Shown in pieces: positions 9,028-18,179 of a stretch of DNA of 64,000 nucleotides. The translations under genes and the position numbers were made by a program. The number at the start of each line of letters is the position of its first letter. The first letter of the stretch is position 1. The notes under the pieces were generated by a model, which did no database searches, was not told the origin of the DNA, and saw only the letters and a program-made list of their open reading frames with translations. Origin of the DNA: Nannocystis bainbridge (GTDB taxonomy: Bacteria > Myxococcota_A > Polyangia > Nannocystales > Nannocystaceae); NCBI RefSeq assembly GCF_028368995.1, contig NZ_JAQNDL010000001.1, positions 2,656,001 to 2,720,000 on the forward strand, written 5' to 3'.

Positions 9028-9796
9028 GTTGATCTTCATGCTGGTCGGGCCCCCTGACACCTGTCCCGAAGTTCTACTGCCGGTGTGCGACGCCGCCGAC
9101 CGTCCGCTCGAGGCCGCCGAGCTCGCCGCCCCGATCGCCCGCGACGCGTCCGTCGCGCCGCAAGAGCGACGCTTCGCCGCGGCCCTCGCCGCCGGCGCGT
9201 GGATCCGCCACGGCACGCCCGCGACCCGCTGCAAGGCCAAGGAGCTGCTGGGCGAATATTTCGCCGACCCGGCCCTGCCGCGCTCGCCGGCGCTCGAGCG
9301 TCACCGCCGTGACGTCGAGGCCGACCGCTGTGAAACGGCCCCCGACGCGTCGGCAGCGACGACCACGGCGTCGCCCCCGCCTCCGCCGCCGCCCCGGGCA
9401 CCTGCCCCCGAGGCCAGGCCACCCGCGGCGACCCACGACCGCAGCGCGAAGGTCCGCCTCGTCGCCGGCGGCACGCTGCTCGGCACCGGCGTCGGCCTCG
9501 CGGCGGCCACCCTCGGCGCCCTCGCGGTGATGGGCCATCAGCTCTCGACCGCCCGCGAGATCACGGCGCGAGTGACCGCAGAGGACCGCGACATGACGCG
9601 AGAAGAGGTGCTGCAGTTCCGCCTGGCGTACGGGGTCGCGGACGTGGCGCGATGGGTCTCGCTGGGCGTCGGCCTCGCCAGCGCGGCCACGCTTGCCGCC
9701 GCGATCCCGCTGTTCGTGTCGGCGAAGCGGCGGCTGCGGGCCGGGCCGTACGTGCGCGGCGCAGCGGCCGGTGTCATGTTCAGCGGGTCGTTCTGA
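9011..9796 (+). CDS. Hypothetical membrane protein (helical N-domain, Pro-rich linker, two C-terminal hydrophobic helices)
   Basis: MYTHTLLIFMLVG signal-like start; hydrophobic segments LVAGGTLLGTGVGLAAATLGALAVM and WVSLGVGLASAATLAAAIPLF; ends GVMFSGSF. Confidence 0.7.
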   Translation: MYTHTLLIFMLVGPPDTCPEVLLPVCDAADRPLEAAELAAPIARDASVAPQERRFAAALAAGAWIRHGTPATRCKAKELLGEYFADPALPRSPALERHRRDVEADRCETAPDASAATTTASPPPPPPPRAPAPEARPPAATHDRSAKVRLVAGGTLLGTGVGLAAATLGALAVMGHQLSTAREITARVTAEDRDMTREEVLQFRLAYGVADVARWVSLGVGLASAATLAAAIPLFVSAKRRLRAGPYVRGAAAGVMFSGSF

Positions 9797-9810
9797 TCGG
9801 AGCCGCGGAC

Positions 9811-11430
9811 ATGTCCCGAAGTACACTTCTGCTCCCGCTCGCGCTCGCGGCCGCCGGCTGCTTCGGACAGGTGTGGGCCGAGGGCTCGGCGCTGTTCCCC
9901 GCCGAGACCGAGGCCGACACCGACACCGACGCGACCACGACGACCGCGACGACCTCGGCCCCGGGCGAGGGCCCGGACGAGCCGATCCAGACCGCGACGG
10001 GCGAACCACCGGACGAGACCACCGGCCCGATCGGCTCGTCGACGACGCTGCCCGACCCGGTCGAAACGCCGCCGCAGATCCTCGCCTTCACGGTCGAGCC
10101 CGACACGCTCCACGAGGCCGGCGACGCGCAGGTGAGCGCGCTCGTCAGCGAGGACACGGTGGCGCTGCAGCTGCTCGTCGACGGGGAAGAGGTGTGGGCC
10201 GGTCCGCCGGAGGCGTTCGCGTGGAGCTTCGCGGCGACCTCGCAGGCCGCGTCCGAGGGCACCTACACGCTCGAGCTGATCGCCCGCGATGGCGAGGGCC
10301 TCAGCGCCAGCGCGACGGCGATGCTGTGGGTGTCGCTGCCGCCGACCGGCGCTGAAAAGTGCGCGAAGGACCTCGGTGCGGGCCTGCTGACCGCCGCTCG
10401 CTACACCGACGAGGCGCTGATCGTGGTCGGCACGCTGGCCGGCGCCGCGACCGTGTGGCGCCTCGATCCCGACAACTGCCAGCCGCAAGCCGGGTTCCCG
10501 TGGACGATCGCGCAGTGGACGGCCCTGCAGCAGGCGCTTCCCGCGTCGCAAGCGGTCGGCGTGGCGGTCGACGCCGACGGCCGCATGGCGATCGCCGCCA
10601 ACGTCGGCACCGGCCTCGCGCGCCAGCCCTACCTCGCGGTGCTGTCGCCCGCGGGCGCGCTGCAGTGGGAGCGCCTCGGTCCGCAAAAACAGACGTACAG
10701 CGGGATCGCGGCGGCGGAAGATCGCTTCGTGGTGATCGGCGAGACGCTGGTCGGCGAGGAACCGGCGCGCTTCGACGGGCTGGTCGAGAGCTTCGACGCG
10801 AAGGGCACCATGCTGTGGTCGGATGTGCTGGCCGCGCCGCTGCCCGGCGATGACTTCGTGGATAACACCAACAAACTCGACGAGCACCCACGCGCGATCT
10901 CATGGGACGAGGGTCGACAAGCGCTGGTGATCGTGGGCGAGCGTCGGGTCGAGAAATCGCCGCCCACGGAGTGGACCCGAGCGTTCTCGGCGCAGTACAC
11001 GCTGAACGGCGCCATCGTCGGCAGCTGGACCTCGAAGGGTCTCGAAGGCGATGAAGACGGCCTCTTCGCGGTTGCGAGGTGCGGCGCGAGCCACGTCGCG
11101 GGAGGCTGGGTTCGCACCGGCCCGAACAGCCACGCGCCCGTGACGCGCTGGCTCGATGCCCAGGGCAACGGCGACAAGCGTCGCCTCGACAACCTGGCGA
11201 ACGCGAGGATCCAAGGCATCGCGTGCGACCGGGAGCTCAAGATCACGGCCGCCGCCGTCTCGAACTCGGCCGCTCACTCGCTGGTCTTCAAGGGCAGCGA
11301 CGATTCGTTCGCCGACAACGAGTTGTTCGAAGATGCGACGTTGATGGCAGTCGACTGCGATGCACGCGGCTTCTGTGCCGCCGTCGGCCTCCAGGGCGAC
11401 CAGGCCTGGGTCCGCGTACAACACCCGTGA
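9811..11430 (+). CDS. Lipoprotein family A, copy 1 (Thr-rich linker, Ig-like domain, probable beta-propeller)
   Basis: Lipobox LALAAAGC; TETEADTDTDATTTT linker; repeated beta-strand units; ends AWVRVQHP; clear paralogue of 12807..14426. Confidence 0.85.
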   Translation: MSRSTLLLPLALAAAGCFGQVWAEGSALFPAETEADTDTDATTTTATTSAPGEGPDEPIQTATGEPPDETTGPIGSSTTLPDPVETPPQILAFTVEPDTLHEAGDAQVSALVSEDTVALQLLVDGEEVWAGPPEAFAWSFAATSQAASEGTYTLELIARDGEGLSASATAMLWVSLPPTGAEKCAKDLGAGLLTAARYTDEALIVVGTLAGAATVWRLDPDNCQPQAGFPWTIAQWTALQQALPASQAVGVAVDADGRMAIAANVGTGLARQPYLAVLSPAGALQWERLGPQKQTYSGIAAAEDRFVVIGETLVGEEPARFDGLVESFDAKGTMLWSDVLAAPLPGDDFVDNTNKLDEHPRAISWDEGRQALVIVGERRVEKSPPTEWTRAFSAQYTLNGAIVGSWTSKGLEGDEDGLFAVARCGASHVAGGWVRTGPNSHAPVTRWLDAQGNGDKRRLDNLANARIQGIACDRELKITAAAVSNSAAHSLVFKGSDDSFADNELFEDATLMAVDCDARGFCAAVGLQGDQAWVRVQHP

Positions 11431-11444
11431 CGGCGGCACGCCAA

Positions 11445-12560
11445 CTATCGGGGGATGAACTTGTTGCACAGCGGCGCCAGCTGGGCCGCTGTCTCCTTGA
11501 AGAACGGGCCGTAGGACGGGGCACAGATCGACTCGAGCCTGCCGTGCTCGAGGTAGTCGTCCATGAACAGCCGAATGCGGTGGGACGGCCCCGCAGGCTC
11601 GCCGGGAAAGCACACGCTCGGCGAGACGTCACCGTCGGTGATGATGGCGAGCCCGAACACGGCGTCCCTGTCGCCGCCCTTGACCTCGTAGATGGCCTTG
11701 CTCCACTGGTACGGCCCCCCCGCCGATTTTTGATCGTACATGGTCTGGATGACCACCAGCAGCAGCAGCGCGTCGTCTCGCAAGAAACCTTCGTTGCAGC
11801 CGCCAGGGCCGTTCAGCTCGACACCCGTCTCGATCAGCGGACGGTCCACCGCCGCGAGGATCGAGTCGAAGGCGACCGGAGTAGAGCTGTTGTAGCCGAC
11901 GCGGCCGAGGCAGTCGAACGCGGCCAGCAGGTCCGGCTCCTCGTCGGTGATGTAGCGATTACCCCCTGCGAGCTTGCAGCGACGACCCGAGGAGCCCAGC
12001 TCACTGGCGAACGTCTCGCCCGCGCCCAACGTGTAGTCGCACTCGTCGATCTTGGCGCCGCACAGCTCGGGCACGCCGTTCGGATCACAGTCGGCGGGAT
12101 CTTTACACAATGAACAATCGTCCATCGACCACGTGTACGAAGAATCGGTGACGAGGACGTGCAGATCGAACCCGCCGAGCTCCTCCTCGAGCGCCTTCAC
12201 GAACTCGGGGAACGCCGCGATCAACCGCGACTGATACGGCTCCATCGTGTGATGCGTAGAGATCGCGAAGATGATGTCGAGCTTGCCCTGACAGCCGACC
12301 GGCGCGACGTCACCGAAATCCGGCAGAAGCCCGCCAGTGGTCACGTGCGGCTCCGACGTCGCGGTCGACGCCTCGTCACTCGTGCTCGTCGTCGTCGTGC
12401 TCGAAGTCGGGGCAAGCGTCGTGCTGCTCGTGCTCGAGGACGGCGCCCCGCTCGAAGCCTCTCCGCCGCTCGCGCTGCCGAAAGCCCCCGGCCCGGCGTT
12501 GAACTCGGCGTGGCAGCCGAAGAGGACCATGACGGCGGCGAAAGCGAGGTGGCGCGACAT
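11445..12560 (-). CDS. Lipoprotein family B, copy 1 (Ser/Thr linker plus Cys-rich vWA-like domain)
   Basis: Lipobox VMVLFGC; CQGKLDIIFAIS, DLHVLVTDS, CNEGFLRDDALLLLVVIQ. Degenerate vWA-like pattern; the fold is inferred. Confidence 0.85.
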   Translation of the reverse strand: MSRHLAFAAVMVLFGCHAEFNAGPGAFGSASGGEASSGAPSSSTSSTTLAPTSSTTTTSTSDEASTATSEPHVTTGGLLPDFGDVAPVGCQGKLDIIFAISTHHTMEPYQSRLIAAFPEFVKALEEELGGFDLHVLVTDSSYTWSMDDCSLCKDPADCDPNGVPELCGAKIDECDYTLGAGETFASELGSSGRRCKLAGGNRYITDEEPDLLAAFDCLGRVGYNSSTPVAFDSILAAVDRPLIETGVELNGPGGCNEGFLRDDALLLLVVIQTMYDQKSAGGPYQWSKAIYEVKGGDRDAVFGLAIITDGDVSPSVCFPGEPAGPSHRIRLFMDDYLEHGRLESICAPSYGPFFKETAAQLAPLCNKFIPR

Positions 12561-12806
12561 CGCGCGTAAGGCTACCGGCCTGCTGTCGCGCGTGCTACCC
12601 ATTTGGCAGATCTTCGCGCCTCCATCTGAAGCAATTTATTTCGTTGCGTAGGCAAGGAACGACCTCGCCACGCAAGGTCGGCCTCGCCGCCGCGCTCGTG
12701 CGACGTGCCCGCACCGACTTCGACCGCCTCGCGGCTCGGCGAGTGCGTGCGCGGCGGTCCCGCCGGTATCATCTTTGCGCCGCGCCTTCGAACCGCGGCC
12801 GAGGAC

Positions 12807-14426
12807 ATGTCCCGAAGAACTCTTCTGCTCCCGCTCTTGCTCGCCGCCTGCTTCGAAGAGGTGTGGAAGGAAGGCTCGGACAAGTTCCCGGACACCGACA
12901 GCGGCGGCGCCTCGGGCACCTCGACGACCACGCTCGTCCCCGGCGGCGACGCGAGCAGCGGCACGCAGACGGTCACGAGCGAACCGCCGACCACGCTCGG
13001 GACGGCCGAGCCGTCGAGCACGACCACGGGCGCCCTCGAGAACGAGCCGCCGCAGATCATCAGCCTCCAGCTCGAGCCCGCCAGCCTCGACCAGGCCGGC
13101 GACGCGGAGGTGCTCGCGGTCGTCAGCAGCGATGTCGTGAAGCTGCGGCTCGAGGTCGACGACGAACAGGTCTGGACCGGCAAGCCCGCCGAGTTCGCGT
13201 GGACCTTCACGGCCACCTCGAAGGCCGCGTCGCAGGGCAAGCACTCGTTCGTGCTGTACGCCGAGGACGACGAGGGCCTCTCGGCCATGAAGTCGACGAC
13301 GCTGTGGGTGATGCTGCCCGAGACCGGCGCCGAGAAGTGTGAGTTCGAGGAGCCGAGCCACGACGGCTGGCTGACGGCCACGGCCTACGGCGCCGACGCG
13401 CTGATCGTCGCCGGCACGCTGGTGACCTCGCAGCTCGAGGCGACGCTGTGGCGCCTCGATCCGGAGTCGTGCGCACCGCAGGCCGGCTTCCCCCGCCAGA
13501 TCTCCCAGTGGACCGCGCTCGTCGAGGACTGGGAGCCCTCGCAAGCCGTCGGCGTGGCGATCGACGACGCCGGCCGCACGGCCCTCGCCGCCAACATCGG
13601 CGACGGCCTCGACCGCAGACCATACGTCGCAGTGTTCGCGCCCGACGGCGAACTCCTGGGCGAGCACCTCGGCAAGGAAGTAGGCGATACGTACAGCGGC
13701 ATCACGGCCGTGCCCGACGGTTTTTTCGTGGTCGGCGACACCCGCGTGAGCACCAACCCCCTGCGCTACGACGGCCTCATCGAGGGCTTCGACGCGGCGG
13801 GGTCGAAGATCTGGCACGACACGATCGCAGCGCCTCTGCCCGGCGACGACTGGAACGATCAATTCAATGTCTTCGACGAACACCCGCGCGCGGTGGTCTG
13901 GTCCGACGACCTGGACGCGCTGATCGTGGTCGGCGAGCGCGCTGTCCTGGAGGACAAGGACCCGCGGCAACGAGCCTTCTCGATCCAGTACACGCTCAAA
14001 GACGGGCTCGTGGAAGCCTGGACTTCCAGCGGCCTCGACGCTCCCCAGGACGGCCTCGTCGCTGTCACGGTCTGCGGAGACGAATGGGTGGCGGGCGGCT
14101 GGATTCAGGAGGATCAGAACCCGCGGTCCCCCGCAGCTCGCTGGCTCGGCCCGACAGGGAACGGGGGTGCCAAGCGGCGCCTGGATCCGCTCAAGGGCGC
14201 GACCTTCCACGGGTTGGCTTGCGACCGTGAGAACAAGTTCACCACCGCAGCCAGCACGGGCGTCAACGCCTCCGTGCTCGGTTTCCGGTCGAGTGACGAT
14301 CCCTTCCTTTTCAAGCAGGACTTCGGCCAGGCAGCGTTGACTGCGGCCGATTGCGACTCTCGCGGTTTCTGTGCCGTTGCAGGCGCACGCGGGGCGCGTG
14401 CCTGGGTGCGCGTGCACCACCCGTGA
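12807..14426 (+). CDS. Lipoprotein family A, copy 2
   Basis: MSRRTLLLPLLLAAC; shares WRLDP..C.PQAGFP, APLPGDD, DEHPRA, DCD.RGFCA and AWVRVHHP with 9811..11430. Confidence 0.85.
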   Translation: MSRRTLLLPLLLAACFEEVWKEGSDKFPDTDSGGASGTSTTTLVPGGDASSGTQTVTSEPPTTLGTAEPSSTTTGALENEPPQIISLQLEPASLDQAGDAEVLAVVSSDVVKLRLEVDDEQVWTGKPAEFAWTFTATSKAASQGKHSFVLYAEDDEGLSAMKSTTLWVMLPETGAEKCEFEEPSHDGWLTATAYGADALIVAGTLVTSQLEATLWRLDPESCAPQAGFPRQISQWTALVEDWEPSQAVGVAIDDAGRTALAANIGDGLDRRPYVAVFAPDGELLGEHLGKEVGDTYSGITAVPDGFFVVGDTRVSTNPLRYDGLIEGFDAAGSKIWHDTIAAPLPGDDWNDQFNVFDEHPRAVVWSDDLDALIVVGERAVLEDKDPRQRAFSIQYTLKDGLVEAWTSSGLDAPQDGLVAVTVCGDEWVAGGWIQEDQNPRSPAARWLGPTGNGGAKRRLDPLKGATFHGLACDRENKFTTAASTGVNASVLGFRSSDDPFLFKQDFGQAALTAADCDSRGFCAVAGARGARAWVRVHHP

Positions 14427-14452
14427 TCCGACCGCGACGGACGGCGCAGACT

Positions 14453-14546
14453 GAGCTCCCACGCTCGTCGCGTCACTCACGGTCGACAGGACCCCGCAGG
14501 CCCCGCAGGAAGCACCCGGTCAGACGATTTCAGCCGCTGGCGCCGC
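14453..14546. repeat. Non-coding element of about 95 bp, duplicated at 16190-16293 (part of the tandem duplication)
   Basis: GAGCTCCCACGCTCG..CGCGTCACTCACGGTCGACAGGA...CCCCGCAGGCCCCGCAGGAAGCACCCGG..CGATTTCAGCCGCTGGCGCCGC is present in both places. Confidence 0.85.
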
Positions 14547-14692
14547 GACAGGCGCTCGGATCCGTGGGTCTCCGGGCGGTGCCGATGCAGCGCGCTCTCA
14601 CGACCGAGGCCATGCGTTGCGAGGTTGGCGATGCCGCCCTCTCGCTCGCCGCCACTCGACCTCCCAGAAGCGAGTAACTGCGACCGTGCGAA

Positions 14693-15811
14693 TCAGCGTG
14701 GGATGAACTGATCGCACAGCGGCGCGAGCTGGGCCGCCACATCCTTAAAAAACTGCCCGTAGGCGGGCGCGCAGATCGACGCCATGTTGCCGTGCTTGAG
14801 CTGGTCCTCCATGAACAGCCGCATCCGGTTGGTATTTCCCTGCGGACCATCGGGCGCACACAAGCTCGGCACGAGGTCGTTGTCCGCGGTGATCGCCAGA
14901 GCGATCACTGCGTCCTCGTCCCCGCCCTTCACCGCGTACAGCGCCTTGCGCCACTGGTAGGGCCCGCCAAGCGACGCATATTCGTAGGAATCCTGGATGA
15001 TGACGAGCAGCAGCAACGCATCGTCGCGAAAGAACCCCTCGTTGCAGCCTCCCGGCGCGTTCAGCTCGATGCCCGACTCGATGAGCGGGTGGTCCAGCGC
15101 CGCCAGGATCGAGTCGAACGGCATCGGCGTCGCCACGCCGTAGCCCACCCGCGCGAGGCACGTGAACGCCTCCACCAGGTCCTCTTCTTCGTCGGTGATG
15201 TAGCGACGCCCGCCTGCCAGCTCGCAGCGACGCCCGGACGAGCCGATCCCGCTGCTGAACGTCTCGCCGGCGCCCATCGTCTTGTCGCACGCGTCGAGCT
15301 TCGCCCCGCACTGGCTCGGCTCTCCGTTCGGATCGCAGTCGTCGGGGTCCTTGCATTGCGAGCAGTCGCTCATCCCCCACACGAACGACGAGTCGGTCAC
15401 GAGGATGTGCAGGTCGAACCCGCCGAGCTCCTCTTCCAGAGCCTGCGCGAACTCGGGGAACGCCGCGATCAGCCGCGGCTGGTACTCCTTCATCGGGTAC
15501 TCCGTCGAGATCGCGAAGATGATGTCGATCTTGCCCTGGCAGCCCATCGGCGCCACGTCCCCGAAGTCGGGCAGCGCTCCACCGCTGCCTGTCACGCTCG
15601 CGTCGCTCGTGCTCGAGGTCGTCGATGTCGTCGAGGTCGTCACGTCGACCGCGCTCGTCGAGGACGTCGTAGTCAATGTCGTCGATGTCGAAGGGTTCGC
15701 GCTGCCCGTCCCCACCTCGCTGCTCGCGGTCCCGAACGGCGAGCCATCCGGCGCAGCGGCGTTGCAGCCAACAAAGTAGAGAGCAGCGACGGAGCCGATG
15801 AGGCGCGACAT
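14693..15811 (-). CDS. Lipoprotein family B, copy 2
   Basis: Lipobox ALYFVGC; CQGKIDIIFAIS; CNEGFFRDDALLLLVII; near-identical to 16333..17451. Confidence 0.88.
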   Translation of the reverse strand: MSRLIGSVAALYFVGCNAAAPDGSPFGTASSEVGTGSANPSTSTTLTTTSSTSAVDVTTSTTSTTSSTSDASVTGSGGALPDFGDVAPMGCQGKIDIIFAISTEYPMKEYQPRLIAAFPEFAQALEEELGGFDLHILVTDSSFVWGMSDCSQCKDPDDCDPNGEPSQCGAKLDACDKTMGAGETFSSGIGSSGRRCELAGGRRYITDEEEDLVEAFTCLARVGYGVATPMPFDSILAALDHPLIESGIELNAPGGCNEGFFRDDALLLLVIIQDSYEYASLGGPYQWRKALYAVKGGDEDAVIALAITADNDLVPSLCAPDGPQGNTNRMRLFMEDQLKHGNMASICAPAYGQFFKDVAAQLAPLCDQFIPR

Positions 15812-15910
15812 CGCGCTCGAAGCTACCGACCGTGCGCCACGATCGCTACTCGTTTGGCGCGTTTCGGGCCCCGAGACGGCCGTCTATAAAATTGCGTTTG
15901 CGACGAAGCA

Positions 15911-15934
15911 GTCGCTGCATAACCTTGCAGCGAC
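15911..15934. promoter_or_regulatory. Perfect inverted repeat GTCGCTGCA-TAACCT-TGCAGCGAC upstream of family B copy 2 (identical copy at 17552-17575)
   Basis: 9-bp arms in an AT-rich upstream region; conserved in both duplicated copies although adjacent DNA differs. Confidence 0.55.
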
Positions 15935-16332
15935 CGTCTGCTGGATCCTTGCGACGAGCACGCCGCAATCTAAACATTTGCTCCTCCGCTGCGCCAACCA
16001 TTCAGCACCGGGCTGCTTCAGCCGAGCGGCGGCGAAACTCGAAAACAAGAAAACACCGTCGAGCAGTGCACCAGCGCGTCCCACTGGGCGCCCGGTGACT
16101 GCGGTTGCGGATGCTCCAACGGAGCTACAAGCGGACGATAGCGCTCGATGTCCCCAACGCGCCGAGCCCGGTTGTGATGCAACGTTAGCGAGCTCCCACG
16201 CTCGCAGCGCGTCACTCACGGTCGACAGGATCGGGAGCCCCCGCAGGCCCCGCAGGAAGCACCCGGGCAGGCGATTTCAGCCGCTGGCGCCGCTACTGGG
16301 CTCCTTGGAAGCTGGCGGGCCAGGCGCTCGGA

Positions 16333-17451
16333 TCAGCGAGGGATGAACTGATCGCACAGCGGCCCGAGCTTGGCCGCCACATCCTTAAAAAACTGCCCGT
16401 AGGCGGGCGCGCAGATCGACGCCATGTTGCCGTGCTTGAGTTGGTCTTCCATGAACAGCCGCATGCGGTTGGTATACCCCTGCGGGCCGTCGGGCGCACA
16501 CAGGCTGGGTACGATGTCATTGTCCGCGGTGATCGCCAGCGCGATCACCGCGTCCTCGTCCCCGCCCTTCACCTCGTACAGCGCCTTGCGCCACTGGTAC
16601 GGCCCGCCCAGGGACACATACTCGTACGAGTTTTGAATGATGACGAGCAGCAGCAACGCATCGTCGCGAAAGAACCCCTCGTTGCAGCCGCCCGGCGCGT
16701 TCAGCTCGATCCCCGTCTCGATGAGCGGGTGGTCCAGCGCCGCCAGGATCGAGTCGAACGGCATCGGCGTCGCCACGGCGTAGCCCACCCGCGCGAGGCA
16801 CGTGAACGCCTCCACCAGGTCCTCTTCTTCGTCGGTGATGTAGCGACGTCCGCCTGCCAGCTCGCAGCGACGCCCGGACGAGCCGATCCCGCTGCTGAAC
16901 GTCTCGCCGGCGCCCATCGTCGTGTCGCACGCGTCGAGCTTCGCCCCGCACTGGCTCGGCTCTCCGTTCGGATCGCAGTCGTCGGGGTCCTTGCATTGCG
17001 AGCAGTCGCTCATCCCCCACACGAACGACGAGTCGGTCACGAGGATGTGCAGGTCGAACCCGCCGAGCTCCTCTTCCAGAGCCTGCGCGAACTCGGGGAA
17101 CGCCGCGATCAGCCGCGGCTGGTACTCCTTCATCGGGTACTCCGTCGAGATCGCGAAGATGATGTCGATCTTGCCCTGGCAGCCCATCGGCGCCACGTCC
17201 CCGAAGTCGGGCAGCGCTCCACCGCTGCCTGTCACGCTCGCGTCGCTCGTGCTCGAGGTCGTCGATGTCGTCGAGGTCGTCACGTCGACCGCGCTCGTCG
17301 AGGACGTCGTCGTCGATGTCGTCGATGTCGAAGGGTTCGCGCTGCCCGTCCCCACCTCGCTGCTCGCGGTCCCGAACGGCGAGCCATCCGGCGCAGCGGC
17401 GTTGCAGCCAACAAAGTAGAGAGCAGCGACGGAGCCGATGAGGCGCGACAT
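16333..17451 (-). CDS. Lipoprotein family B, copy 3 (tandem duplicate of copy 2, offset 1,640 bp)
   Basis: 372 aa, same length as copy 2; substitutions cluster in the C-terminal part. Confidence 0.88.
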   Translation of the reverse strand: MSRLIGSVAALYFVGCNAAAPDGSPFGTASSEVGTGSANPSTSTTSTTTSSTSAVDVTTSTTSTTSSTSDASVTGSGGALPDFGDVAPMGCQGKIDIIFAISTEYPMKEYQPRLIAAFPEFAQALEEELGGFDLHILVTDSSFVWGMSDCSQCKDPDDCDPNGEPSQCGAKLDACDTTMGAGETFSSGIGSSGRRCELAGGRRYITDEEEDLVEAFTCLARVGYAVATPMPFDSILAALDHPLIETGIELNAPGGCNEGFFRDDALLLLVIIQNSYEYVSLGGPYQWRKALYEVKGGDEDAVIALAITADNDIVPSLCAPDGPQGYTNRMRLFMEDQLKHGNMASICAPAYGQFFKDVAAKLGPLCDQFIPR

Positions 17452-17760
17452 CGCGCTCGAAGCTACCGACCGTGCGCCACGATCGCTACTCGTTTGGCGC
17501 GCACGCGCTCGCGCGGGGCCCTTTTTATAAAATTGCGTTTGCGACGAATGAGTCGCTGCATAACCTTGCAGCGACCGCCCAGCGTTTTATCGAACCACGC
17601 TCGCTGTAATCTAAATATTTGCGCCTTCGCTGACCATTGCGGCACACGCCACGCCCGCCCGCGGCCCTCGCATCAGCGATGTACCGTAAGGCTCAATTCG
17701 ATGACCGCGAAAGCAGGGTCATCGCTGTTACGAATTTGCGAGCCGTTCGCGGAACTCGCC

Positions 17761-18021
17761 CTACACGCGAATCAGTGGATCGGCGTGGGCCACGAGTTGG
17801 GCCGCAGCATCTTCAAGAAGCTGCCCGCCGGCCGGCCCTCGGATCGACGCCATGTTGCTCGCGTCGCTCGTCGAGGTCGACCTCGACAGCTCGCCCGGCG
17901 ACAGCGAAGTCGCCGCGCTGCTCGTCGCCGCCTCGCTGCCCCGCGGACGAACGACGCCCATCCTGGTACTGCGGCAAGAGCACAGGGCGCAGGGCGCAGC
18001 GGCGACGGTGACGCACGACAT
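17761..18021 (-). pseudogene. Internally deleted, decayed fourth copy of lipoprotein family B
   Basis: 86-aa ORF joins the linker end STSTSDAS directly to NMASIRGPAGGQLLEDAAAQL (cf. NMASICAPAYGQFFKDVAAQL); same upstream CAAACGAGTAGC...CGGTAGC motif. Confidence 0.8.
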
Positions 18022-18179
18022 GGACCCTGCGAGGCTACCGATCGCGCACCGGCAACGCTACTCGTTTGCGGCCCACACAGCGTCGCTCTTATAACGTTGC
18101 GTGCGCAACTACCTCCGCAGCGAGGCCGCCGCCCGACCCGTTTATACAGTTGCGCCTGCAATCACCGTTGCAGTCGCGC

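Noticed and set aside
15940-16190. Possible ncRNA or small ORF in the AT-richer spacer between B2 and B3
   Set aside because: No recognisable tRNA or ncRNA fold and no convincing coding signal; the ORFs here look spurious.
14693-17451. B2/B3 as a diversity-generating retroelement (template/variable repeat)
   Set aside because: No reverse transcriptase is in the window, and the differences are not adenine-specific (many synonymous G/C swaps).
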